NCBI GenBank assembly: GCA_963837465.1
Contig: CAWINB010000004.1
Coordinates: 586,853-650,852, forward strand
Reading direction: 5' to 3'
Source of the DNA: Candidatus Doudnabacteria bacterium
Lineage (GTDB): Bacteria; Patescibacteriota; Doudnabacteria; UBA920
DNA length: 64,000 nt
The position numbers and the translations under genes were made by a program. Below the pieces are notes generated by a model that was given only the letters and a program-made list of their open reading frames with translations, searched no databases and was not told the DNA's origin. Positions 56,038-64,000 of this stretch are shown here, in pieces; the first letter of the stretch is position 1; each line of letters opens with the position of its first letter.

Positions 56038-56535
56038 TTAGTTTATAAGCCGGACTTCATCTCCGGTTTTTATTTTGTTTTCCGCCGTCCACCCGGCGTT
56101 AACCTCCACCACCCAGTTGACAGGCGATGGGGGATAGTACAGCGGAAGGTTTTTCTGACAGCCGACAGCCGACAGCTGACAGCTGGGCGCCGGAACGTTG
56201 GCAGTTATCCCGATGACTTTATTTTTATAAATCCAAATCATATCCAGATTAAATTTCATATCCGGCATCCAAAACGCCGGGTCAACCGCCGCGTCGCTGC
56301 CAAAATCAAACAACATGCCTTGGCTGTTTTCCATAGACGCCCTGTCCGACAAACCCTGGGCTTCCGTCCGCGGCGTGTCGGCAATTTCCACCATCAAAAC
56401 CTGACTACCTATTTGCAGCCGATGCGTGTAGTTGTAAGCCGGTGAAAAATTGGCGGAGCTGGGCGATATAATCGGCCTTGAGCTGCAGCCGGCAGCCAAA
56501 AATATTAAACCGATTAAAACAATGTCCCTTTTCAT
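56038..56535 (-). CDS. DUF192 family lipoprotein
   Basis: Lipobox LAAGC; VEIADT...QGLS.R, GMLFDF, FWM..M.F.LDMIW, VVEVNAG. Confidence 0.9.
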   Translation of the reverse strand: MKRDIVLIGLIFLAAGCSSRPIISPSSANFSPAYNYTHRLQIGSQVLMVEIADTPRTEAQGLSDRASMENSQGMLFDFGSDAAVDPAFWMPDMKFNLDMIWIYKNKVIGITANVPAPSCQLSAVGCQKNLPLYYPPSPVNWVVEVNAGWTAENKIKTGDEVRLIN

Positions 56536-56709
56536 TATTTTATAGTAGCATCTATTGCAAAATTTTTCCAAGTGTGCTATAATGAATTTACAAAGTTAAA
56601 AGAAAGCGCAAGAAACCAAAACAAAACTTAAATTGATAAAAGCGCGTTTGTCATAAGCTTAATTTTTTAGGCTTATTTATGCTTGTGAAACAAAAATAAA
56701 TTTAAATTT

Positions 56710-57189
56710 ATGAGGCATTATCATATAACAAGAGTTTTATATATTTCATTAGTGGCGACTGTTTTGACTTGCGGAGCGGTTATCGCGATTTACGCCCAGG
56801 TTCAGCCTGCTCAAGCTCAGGTGGCGCAGCCTTTTATACCCGAAGGAGGCAGAATCATAAGCACCGTAGTCCCTGTTATCGGCATTCCCGGAATTTCGCA
56901 GTTGGCGTGTCCTTCTTATGTATTAATACAGAACAGTGACCCCACCAGTCCGCTGCCGCAGTTTGGGTTATTTATTCCTCCCGGTTTGCAAGCCGACATA
57001 TACGATTATAAAAATTTAGTTACTCCGGGTGTCGCGGAACTCGGAGGTTATGTGCCGGTTCCTGACGCTGCTTGCGGCGTAACTCTCAGCGGTTTTTCGG
57101 TGTTCCCGCTTTTTTACAACGCCCCTTTTCTTTTTAATAGGTACCGGTGCCGTGCCGGGAAATTAAATATGGGATTAAAAATTTTATGA
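56710..57189 (+). CDS. Hypothetical secreted protein (probable 1-nt frameshift near 57130)
   Basis: Signal-like N-terminus; an alternative frame ends ..LIGTGAVPGN* before the next ATG. Confidence 0.65.
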   Translation: MRHYHITRVLYISLVATVLTCGAVIAIYAQVQPAQAQVAQPFIPEGGRIISTVVPVIGIPGISQLACPSYVLIQNSDPTSPLPQFGLFIPPGLQADIYDYKNLVTPGVAELGGYVPVPDAACGVTLSGFSVFPLFYNAPFLFNRYRCRAGKLNMGLKIL

Positions 57190-58013
57190 ACTATCCGGAA
57201 TCTCAAAATTTATCTTTGTCCGCCAAAGCTCCCATTCACTGGGGGCACTTTGGAGTTATTATGATGACAGCGGTTTTGCTGCTGGGACTTTCCTGGTTTG
57301 AAAAACCGCAGCTTTTTGATTTTCATAAAAGCCAGGACGTGGCGGATAACAGCGACGTGCCGCGTTACTATCCTTATGTCGCGCCGTCCCAGGATCAGGT
57401 TCAGCCCCAGGTTTTGGGAGCCAGTACAGACCAGGGGCCGGAAATTATCGGCGACGACGGTACGGTTCAGCCGGTGGATTTGGGAGAAGTTTTGGGCGCT
57501 AGTACCCAGGGTGTCGTATTGTCCACCGCTGACGTAAAAGTTAATACAATTCCGGACTCGGCCATGGCCATAACAAATTATTTTATCCAGGCTGAGAAAA
57601 TAGAACTTGATCCGGTCGATGACGCGGCCTTTGAAGCGGCCCTGTCTTCCAACGACCAAAATCAGTTAAACCAGCAGGCTCAAAAACTAACGGCCGTGGT
57701 CAATGCTTTACAAAAATTATCCGTGCCGCGAAGCCTGGTTAATCTGCAGCAGCTAAAAATTGTACAATATAATTCCGCTATTGCTTTACTCCAAAATTTT
57801 ACGCAGGCTGATCAGAACCCAACTTTGGTGGATCAATACTTGGAACAGTTTATAAAAAGTCAGCAGGACTTGGATACGGAAAATGCCAACATAGCGCAAA
57901 AATTTGGCAGCCTGGATCCGCAGGCGGCTTTGTATTCCCAAAGCAGTCAATCTGCCGATGGTCTTTCCGGTACTTTAAACGACTCAAACGCAACCGATAA
58001 TGCTTCGCAATAA
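57186..58013 (+). CDS. Hypothetical membrane-anchored protein
   Basis: TM, two VLGAST repeats, helical C-terminal domain. Confidence 0.75.
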   Translation: MNYPESQNLSLSAKAPIHWGHFGVIMMTAVLLLGLSWFEKPQLFDFHKSQDVADNSDVPRYYPYVAPSQDQVQPQVLGASTDQGPEIIGDDGTVQPVDLGEVLGASTQGVVLSTADVKVNTIPDSAMAITNYFIQAEKIELDPVDDAAFEAALSSNDQNQLNQQAQKLTAVVNALQKLSVPRSLVNLQQLKIVQYNSAIALLQNFTQADQNPTLVDQYLEQFIKSQQDLDTENANIAQKFGSLDPQAALYSQSSQSADGLSGTLNDSNATDNASQ

Positions 58014-59934
58014 ATTGCAAAAAATCGTTATTGCTTTTTTAATCCTCAGCCAACTCATTTGGCCGTATCTTGTTTTGGCCCAGGTATCGGTGCCAGTTAC
58101 CGACAGTAATAATGGTAATACTGCCGGAGGTGTGGCAGGGGTTCTGACAAATACGTCGGAGCTAGCGATTTTGACTGGCTATTTCAAAACTTTATATCAG
58201 GTGGCCTGCCTGGCGCCCGTGCAATATGCCGAGAAAGGCTATGCTGCGGCTCATTTTTCAGCTTCAACTGCAGCGATCACAAATCCTAGCGGCAGTGCCC
58301 TGCAAATACAGGCCATGACGGACTTGGATACAGTTTATCTTACTTATATGATTTGTGCCGGACTTCAATTGGGTCAGAGCTTTGTGGGAACAGCGGCTCC
58401 TCCTATTATTTTGGCAAATTTACCCGCATCCAGTACTTATGTAGGCAATGTTAAGCAACAATATCTCAACCAGATCACCCAAGACCTTAACAATTACAGT
58501 AAAAAGGAACAAAATTTGTCTGCTCAGTTGGACAGCGCCAACCAGGGGTTTTGGAAAACTTTGTTGATCAGCGTGTTGCTGCAAACCAGTAAAGCCGTGG
58601 CCGATGCTTTGGTCAGCAAGCTGGTCAGCAATTATAAAATTACCAACCTAAAGCAGTACACCAATTCCGTAGCCACGTTAATGTACGACAACCAGTTTAT
58701 CCGCGACAACTTTCCGGACAGCCAGGGGCAGTTAATGGCGCGGGCGATTTTGGAGAATCCGGCTTTTCGCGCTCAAATCCAGCCGGGGATTTTTGCGGCC
58801 GCCGACGCGGCTTTGGGGTATAACCCCAGCGCCATCAACCCGGCCAGCCCGACTTTTTACACCCAAATGGCCGCCGCGGGATCAAGTTCGGCCAATCCTT
58901 ATTTTATGCAGAGCTCTTACGTGGCCGGTGTTGACCAATCCCACGCCGCCTCCATGGCCACGGCCCAGCAGCAAATTAGCCAGGGCAGCGGTTACAAAGC
59001 CCCGGTTAACTGCGCGGGTGCTTTATCCCAGCAGCAGCAAATTGATACTATAGACACCGCGGCCCAGGCCCAATTGGCCAATCGCCAGGCTTTGCTTTTA
59101 AATCTCCAGCAAGCCCAGGCCGCGGGTCAGAAAGTTTCAGCCAGCGATATTAATAAAGCACAGAGCGATTACAACGCGTCTTTAAACGCCTGGAATAATT
59201 TACCTTATACGGTTTCCGGCACCAGCAGCGTAAGCAGCCTGTCGGCCTCCGGTGGAAATAATACGGAGGGTTCCATGGCCATTGTTATGTGCGAGGCTGT
59301 TTCTTCCCCTGCCGTTTTAATCAACCAGGGAATTAATTCCATATTTACGGCTTTGGGAGGCAATCTGACCCAGTACAACAGCAGCAACCTGCCGGCTTAC
59401 ATTAACACCATCACTGGCGTGGCCTCCCAAATTGGCACCAGTATGGTGCTGGGCGGCTTGAACGCCGGCGCCAGCAGCGCTTTGGTAAATGAAAATAAAA
59501 CCGTAGCGGCTACGGCGCAACTGGGCGGGCAAATTTCTTCCAGCAACACGGCATCGAATTTGGGCAGCGGGATTGTGTTTTATTCCACCCAGGGTTCCGG
59601 CAGTTCCGCTACTTTAAACTGGCAAATTTCGACCGCCCAGCTGACTACGGCCAGCTATGTGACTGTTACGGGTCCGGGTTTGCAGCCTGGTAATCAGCCG
59701 TTAACAGGAAGTGTTAGCGTGGCGCCAAGCTTCGCCGCCAATTACGTGCTGACAGTTTTTAGCGCCGCCAACCAAAACTTGGGTTCATCCACCGTCAATG
59801 TAATCCCAAGCTCCGGCGCCGGCTTAAGTTACAACAACACGGGCGCCCCGGAAGTCGCCGGCGCGTTTATTGCCGCCACAGGCATTGCCACCCGCGGCCC
59901 GCTGCCTGACTTTGAGCCCCGCGGCCCGCGGTAA
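58000..59934 (+). CDS. Large secreted hypothetical protein
   Basis: Signal peptide then AQVSVPVTD; Ala/Ser/Gln-rich; overlaps the upstream stop. Confidence 0.8.
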   Translation: MLRNKLQKIVIAFLILSQLIWPYLVLAQVSVPVTDSNNGNTAGGVAGVLTNTSELAILTGYFKTLYQVACLAPVQYAEKGYAAAHFSASTAAITNPSGSALQIQAMTDLDTVYLTYMICAGLQLGQSFVGTAAPPIILANLPASSTYVGNVKQQYLNQITQDLNNYSKKEQNLSAQLDSANQGFWKTLLISVLLQTSKAVADALVSKLVSNYKITNLKQYTNSVATLMYDNQFIRDNFPDSQGQLMARAILENPAFRAQIQPGIFAAADAALGYNPSAINPASPTFYTQMAAAGSSSANPYFMQSSYVAGVDQSHAASMATAQQQISQGSGYKAPVNCAGALSQQQQIDTIDTAAQAQLANRQALLLNLQQAQAAGQKVSASDINKAQSDYNASLNAWNNLPYTVSGTSSVSSLSASGGNNTEGSMAIVMCEAVSSPAVLINQGINSIFTALGGNLTQYNSSNLPAYINTITGVASQIGTSMVLGGLNAGASSALVNENKTVAATAQLGGQISSSNTASNLGSGIVFYSTQGSGSSATLNWQISTAQLTTASYVTVTGPGLQPGNQPLTGSVSVAPSFAANYVLTVFSAANQNLGSSTVNVIPSSGAGLSYNNTGAPEVAGAFIAATGIATRGPLPDFEPRGPR

Positions 59935-59956
59935 TAAAACCCAGGTAAGTTGTTAA

Positions 59957-59992
59957 TAAAAAACCTATCCATAAAAGGATCGGTTTTTTTTG
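59957..59992 (+). terminator. Intrinsic terminator
   Basis: AAAAAACCTATCCA-TAAA-AGGATCGGTTTTTTTT. Confidence 0.7.
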
Positions 59993-60227
59993 TGAGGATA
60001 AGTCAGTCAAAACAGTCAATGCAAAATTCCCCTTGATGACAGCCTTTAAGGGGAATGAGGTGGTAAGCCATCTTTATCAGGTGGTTTCGTCCGCAGATGT
60101 TCTTAGACTCCGATTTATATCCAGAATATCCCCACCGCTCTTAAAAATTTTGTGATTTTTTAAATTTGTGGTATAATTTTAATGAAATTTGAACCAAAAA
60201 AGCCGTATTCATTAAACTTTTAAAGCC

Positions 60228-63200
60228 TTGCCCGGCCCTAATTTGAAACAAAAAAAAGAAAATAAAAAATCCCTTTTTACCCTCAACCGATTAACAACAT
60301 CGTCTATTTTTACATTCAAATTAGCGGCGGGCTTGTTTGAGAAATTAAAACAAAATTTTTTGAAGTTTAGTTTAAATAAATCCCTAATATTTTTGTCCCT
60401 TCCAGCCATAGCCCTAGGGATGGCTTTTTTATTGCCTCAAACGGCTTTGGCGCAGACTCCTACCGCAGTCACTTACCCAAGCGGCGGCATAACGGCAAAA
60501 GTGGATGTACAAGTAAACGGACAAAACAGTAATTATGTTCAATCATCCGGTCAAGGTGTAAGTTTTACTGTTTTACTGACTATCACTGGCCTTACGGATG
60601 TTAATGGGCAGAGTAATCATCCCCAGTTAAACCTTGGAACAGATATGCTTAAGGGACCCTCGACCAATAGCGGCTTTGTAATCTCGTCTTTTGGGGCAGG
60701 AGTTGATATTGCTGGCACGAGTGCCAATGGCAATACTTGCCAAACAATTAGCAGTAATTACGATACATGCAATTTTTCCAAAGGAAGCGGACAGGTTCAG
60801 GTTAATGGAAATTCAATCGTGTTGAATCAACAATACCCTGTTGTTTTCAATTTAAGCGCCACCGCCCTAAATTCTTTAAAAGTTACTACTCCCTGCGCCT
60901 GGAATAAGTCTGCTGCGAATCCCCAGACAGGCTGCTTCGCTATTTATCCTTATTTTAATTTACAGGCTTGTTTTAATAATAGTTGTTCGGCAGTTCAGCC
61001 GCTTGCCTTAGATAATGTGGGGTTTGCAATGTACGTTGGGTCTGCTGCGACTGCGCCAACTGATGTTCCTGCTTACGGCAGCACAACTGGGACTGCGAAT
61101 AGCACGCAAGCTCCATCCGCCGTAAATGGAATAATTAGCCTGCTCATCTCCGTCGTCCAATTTATTGTTGGCTTGCTTATCGCTTTTGTTTATTGGGTTT
61201 TTTCTTTGGTTATTGTGCCAATTATTAGCGGGGTGTTGGGCATACATGCTTATACCGACAACTTTGTGGCGGTTATATATCCGGGGTGGATTGTTATTCG
61301 GAATTTGTGCGATATATTTTTTGTTATCGCGCTTATAATTATTGCCATGGCCACACTGTTTAGAATAGAGAGCTACCAGTATAAGCATTTGCTGGTGCAG
61401 TTGATTGTGGCCGCGCTGTTAATAAATTTTAGCTTGGTTATTGGCCAGGCGGTTTTGGGTTTGGCCGATACCGTGCAAAGCCAGTTTTTACCGCAAAATC
61501 AAAAGCAAGTAGAGGCTTTGGGCGGTGATTTAATGGCCGGAGCCAGAAATGCCACAATAAATTATACTCAAGCCACTACAGCCAACGCGCCAAATACCGG
61601 CGACCTTTTGGCGCAGGTTGTCCAGCCGATGTTCTGGCTTGCTTTGGCCACCGGAACTTTTGCCGTGTTTTGCGCCATTGCGGTGTTTTTGTGCATTAGG
61701 ATAATTGCTTTGTGGATTTTGCTTATGATATCACCCATAGCCTACGCTTGTGGCGTGCTGCCCAGTACGGCAGGGTATCGTGATGAATGGTGGAAAAACT
61801 TTTTAAAGTACGCATTTTTTACGCCCATAATGGCTATGTTCCTTAACATTGCCGCTGTAGTTGCCTTGTCTTCGGCCGCGGCGCCGGTGTTCCAGCAAGC
61901 CGCGGGCTTAAGCCTTACCAACCTTTCCGCCAACGTTGGCAGTTTTGTTTTTTCCGTAGGCAGTTACGTTTTACTCCTAGTCTTCCTGGTAGCCTCCCTA
62001 ATGGTCGCCGAAAAATTCAGCATCTTCGGCGCAGAGGGCATAACCAAACTGGCCAAACAAGGCATCTACGCGCCTTTTGCTGTGGCAGGGAAAGGATTTA
62101 AGGCCGCAGGTAATCGCAGTTTAGAATTTGCGAGCGATACAACCCACGTTGAATTAGACCCCAGAGTTTGGCAACATGAAATAGGTGAGTACCTAAAAAA
62201 AAGGAAGAGAGACAGGCAATTGGCCAGAGAAGAAAGAACATTAGGTGGGTTGCCTACAGGCTCTCCCCGAGATTTATTGGAAAATTATGTAAACGGCAGA
62301 GGTATGAAGCGCGTATGGGAGAGCAGGTTTGGGTTAAGAGGCTTTAAACATAATATGACAAAGGCCAAAGAATTAGAAGAAAAAGCTAAGTTACTTTCTG
62401 ATAATGACAGGGCAAGAGTGCAAAGCGAAATCGCAGCTAATAATAGCAATCTAAGTAATCTTATGAATCAACGTTCGGCTTTAGTAGCTGCTGGTGGAGA
62501 CACTAAAGCGATTGATGTGCAAATTTCTAGCTTGAATGTAGTTATAAAAACAGCCACAGATAAATTGGCAGATGATTTGAGAAGAAGGATAGATGAAAAG
62601 GTTGGCAATACTTGGTCAGATGAGCAGAGAGATAAAGTTAAAGCAGAATACAAAAAGTTTTTGGCTCTTGCTGAACAAGTAGAAAGACCCGAGGCTTATT
62701 ACGCGCGAGCGGCGCGTTTAGAGAGAGAGGCCGAGGAGGATAAGAAGATTTCTAAAATACATGATGAAGGTGAACTTAATAAGTTGCTTAGAAACGCCAG
62801 GCGACAAGGGGACAAGCCAAAAGCGGTAGCTATTTGGAAAAAACTGACTAGAGACAGAAACTTAAATGAAGCTTTGGAAGACGAAGGTCTTAGTACAAGT
62901 TTTGAAGATATAATCAAGTTCTACGAGGGCTGGACCGATGACGAAGGAGTTGCGCATGCAGGTTTGGCTAAGGATTTGGGCATGAATCATCACGAAATGA
63001 TGCAAGTGGCCACGGAGGTTGGCTATGATGCTGAAGAATCAAAGCAATATAATGGTGCCCGTATGACTTGGATTGACCCAACAACCGGGCAATTAAATTG
63101 GAACGGTTATAAAGGGCATCATTCTGACGGCGGTGTTCAGCATACGAAACATGTTTTAACCGAAGCTAGGAAGTCCGAGCCAAGAAGGAGAGCCGGCGAT

Positions 63201-63530
63201 TTGCCCAGGTGGACTTATGGTGATGAACACTACGATGAAAACCTTGGCCGCAGGGTTTTCAAATTGAATAGAGTAGGTATGGATTTGCTTTTAGATTATG
63301 CCAGCCCTGGTCAGGAACGATGGGCCAGAGAGCAATTTAATACCTGGTCAGCTGCGGCCGCTGAATCTGATCCCGAATTTGAACAGAAGCTAAGAGCCCG
63401 CGGAAAAGAAAGAGGGCTGGATATCCCGGTAGAAGATCCCGCCAAGCCGGGGGTAAAAGTAAATTATGTTGATAAGGTTATTGAAAATATCCATATGGTT
63501 GGCAAAGGAGAATATACTAGTAAAAAATAA
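60228..63530 (+). CDS. Large polytopic membrane protein with VirB6/TrbL-like core
   Basis: GWIVIRNLCDIFFVIALIIIA, LIVAALLINFSL, IRIIALWILLMISPIAY, WWKNFLKYAFF.PI; signal peptide, extracellular N-domain and charged cytoplasmic C-tail. Confidence 0.75.
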   Translation: MPGPNLKQKKENKKSLFTLNRLTTSSIFTFKLAAGLFEKLKQNFLKFSLNKSLIFLSLPAIALGMAFLLPQTALAQTPTAVTYPSGGITAKVDVQVNGQNSNYVQSSGQGVSFTVLLTITGLTDVNGQSNHPQLNLGTDMLKGPSTNSGFVISSFGAGVDIAGTSANGNTCQTISSNYDTCNFSKGSGQVQVNGNSIVLNQQYPVVFNLSATALNSLKVTTPCAWNKSAANPQTGCFAIYPYFNLQACFNNSCSAVQPLALDNVGFAMYVGSAATAPTDVPAYGSTTGTANSTQAPSAVNGIISLLISVVQFIVGLLIAFVYWVFSLVIVPIISGVLGIHAYTDNFVAVIYPGWIVIRNLCDIFFVIALIIIAMATLFRIESYQYKHLLVQLIVAALLINFSLVIGQAVLGLADTVQSQFLPQNQKQVEALGGDLMAGARNATINYTQATTANAPNTGDLLAQVVQPMFWLALATGTFAVFCAIAVFLCIRIIALWILLMISPIAYACGVLPSTAGYRDEWWKNFLKYAFFTPIMAMFLNIAAVVALSSAAAPVFQQAAGLSLTNLSANVGSFVFSVGSYVLLLVFLVASLMVAEKFSIFGAEGITKLAKQGIYAPFAVAGKGFKAAGNRSLEFASDTTHVELDPRVWQHEIGEYLKKRKRDRQLAREERTLGGLPTGSPRDLLENYVNGRGMKRVWESRFGLRGFKHNMTKAKELEEKAKLLSDNDRARVQSEIAANNSNLSNLMNQRSALVAAGGDTKAIDVQISSLNVVIKTATDKLADDLRRRIDEKVGNTWSDEQRDKVKAEYKKFLALAEQVERPEAYYARAARLEREAEEDKKISKIHDEGELNKLLRNARRQGDKPKAVAIWKKLTRDRNLNEALEDEGLSTSFEDIIKFYEGWTDDEGVAHAGLAKDLGMNHHEMMQVATEVGYDAEESKQYNGARMTWIDPTTGQLNWNGYKGHHSDGGVQHTKHVLTEARKSEPRRRAGDLPRWTYGDEHYDENLGRRVFKLNRVGMDLLLDYASPGQERWAREQFNTWSAAAAESDPEFEQKLRARGKERGLDIPVEDPAKPGVKVNYVDKVIENIHMVGKGEYTSKK

Positions 63531-63551
63531 GCAACCTTAGGTTTTTAACTT

Positions 63552-64000
63552 ATGCTCCAAGATACTATAAAATATCTGCAACAGGATTTTGACGATATAA
63601 TAAAATTTGGCGAAGTTGGTTTTGCTTTGGAAAAACTCTCAATTATAGATGAGCTTTTACAGGAGAATCCGGAGGTTGCGGCTTCGCCGCAAGATAGAAA
63701 CATTTTGGAAGCCATGTCACGTAAACTTGAACTAGTATGCTTGCCGAATCTTGATGACGACAGGTGTTTGGAAGTGCTAAAAAACAATTTGTTTTTGGCC
63801 TTTACTATGCCGGGTTATGATCTAGAAGACAAATTAGCGCAGAAAATAATTTTTAAACAGTACGAAGAATTGGAGATTGAATTTGCTCAAAAGATATTGA
63901 AAGTTTTTAAAGAAAGCAACACTAGAATAGGAAGTGAAAACTTAATTGTAAATGGGAAGGTTTTAGAGCCTAGTTTAAAAAATTGGTTGCTAGATTATGA
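63552..64000 (+). CDS. Hypothetical protein (3' truncated by window edge)
   Basis: Open frame MLQDTIKYLQQDFDD...PSLKNWLLDY running off the end; not in the ORF track because it has no stop. Confidence 0.75.
   Translation, partial: MLQDTIKYLQQDFDDIIKFGEVGFALEKLSIIDELLQENPEVAASPQDRNILEAMSRKLELVCLPNLDDDRCLEVLKNNLFLAFTMPGYDLEDKLAQKIIFKQYEELEIEFAQKILKVFKESNTRIGSENLIVNGKVLEPSLKNWLLDY

Noticed and set aside
556-63787. Numerous antisense and overlapping short ORFs in the track
   Set aside because: They lie opposite or within well-supported genes and have no motifs; treated as shadow ORFs
1-64000. Alternative genetic code (UGA recoding as in Gracilibacteria)
   Set aside because: Conserved genes translate full length under code 11 and are not fragmented at TGA

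Overview
Bacterial chromosomal window with the gene content and style of a Patescibacteria (CPR) genome, possibly Doudnabacteria-like (inference). Contents in order: an oxidative-stress/redox block (zwf, gnd, bshA, a short bshC-like gene, msrA, msrB, ATL and AlkA alkylation repair); an accessory island (10.3-17.5 kb) bounded by two divergent Fic genes, with an integrase-core IS, a highly structured candidate RNA, an Ltp-like surface protein and tRNA-His; a DEAD-box helicase; an ApbE/FMN-binding/RnfD-FNR flavinylation operon divergent from a complete cytochrome bo3 oxidase operon (cyoABCDE); a MarR-controlled efflux operon; housekeeping genes (malic enzyme, smpB, argS, ileS, recO, pcrA, rsmA); and the start of a surface/VirB6-like locus. 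The most striking unexplained signal is that several unrelated families of short palindromic or heptamer repeats occur between genes and also in frame inside conserved proteins (CyoB, CyoE, ArgRS, IleRS, RsmA, an oxidoreductase, malic enzyme, DUF192), and some copies supply stop codons. All calls are from motif recognition by eye; no searches or folding programs were run.
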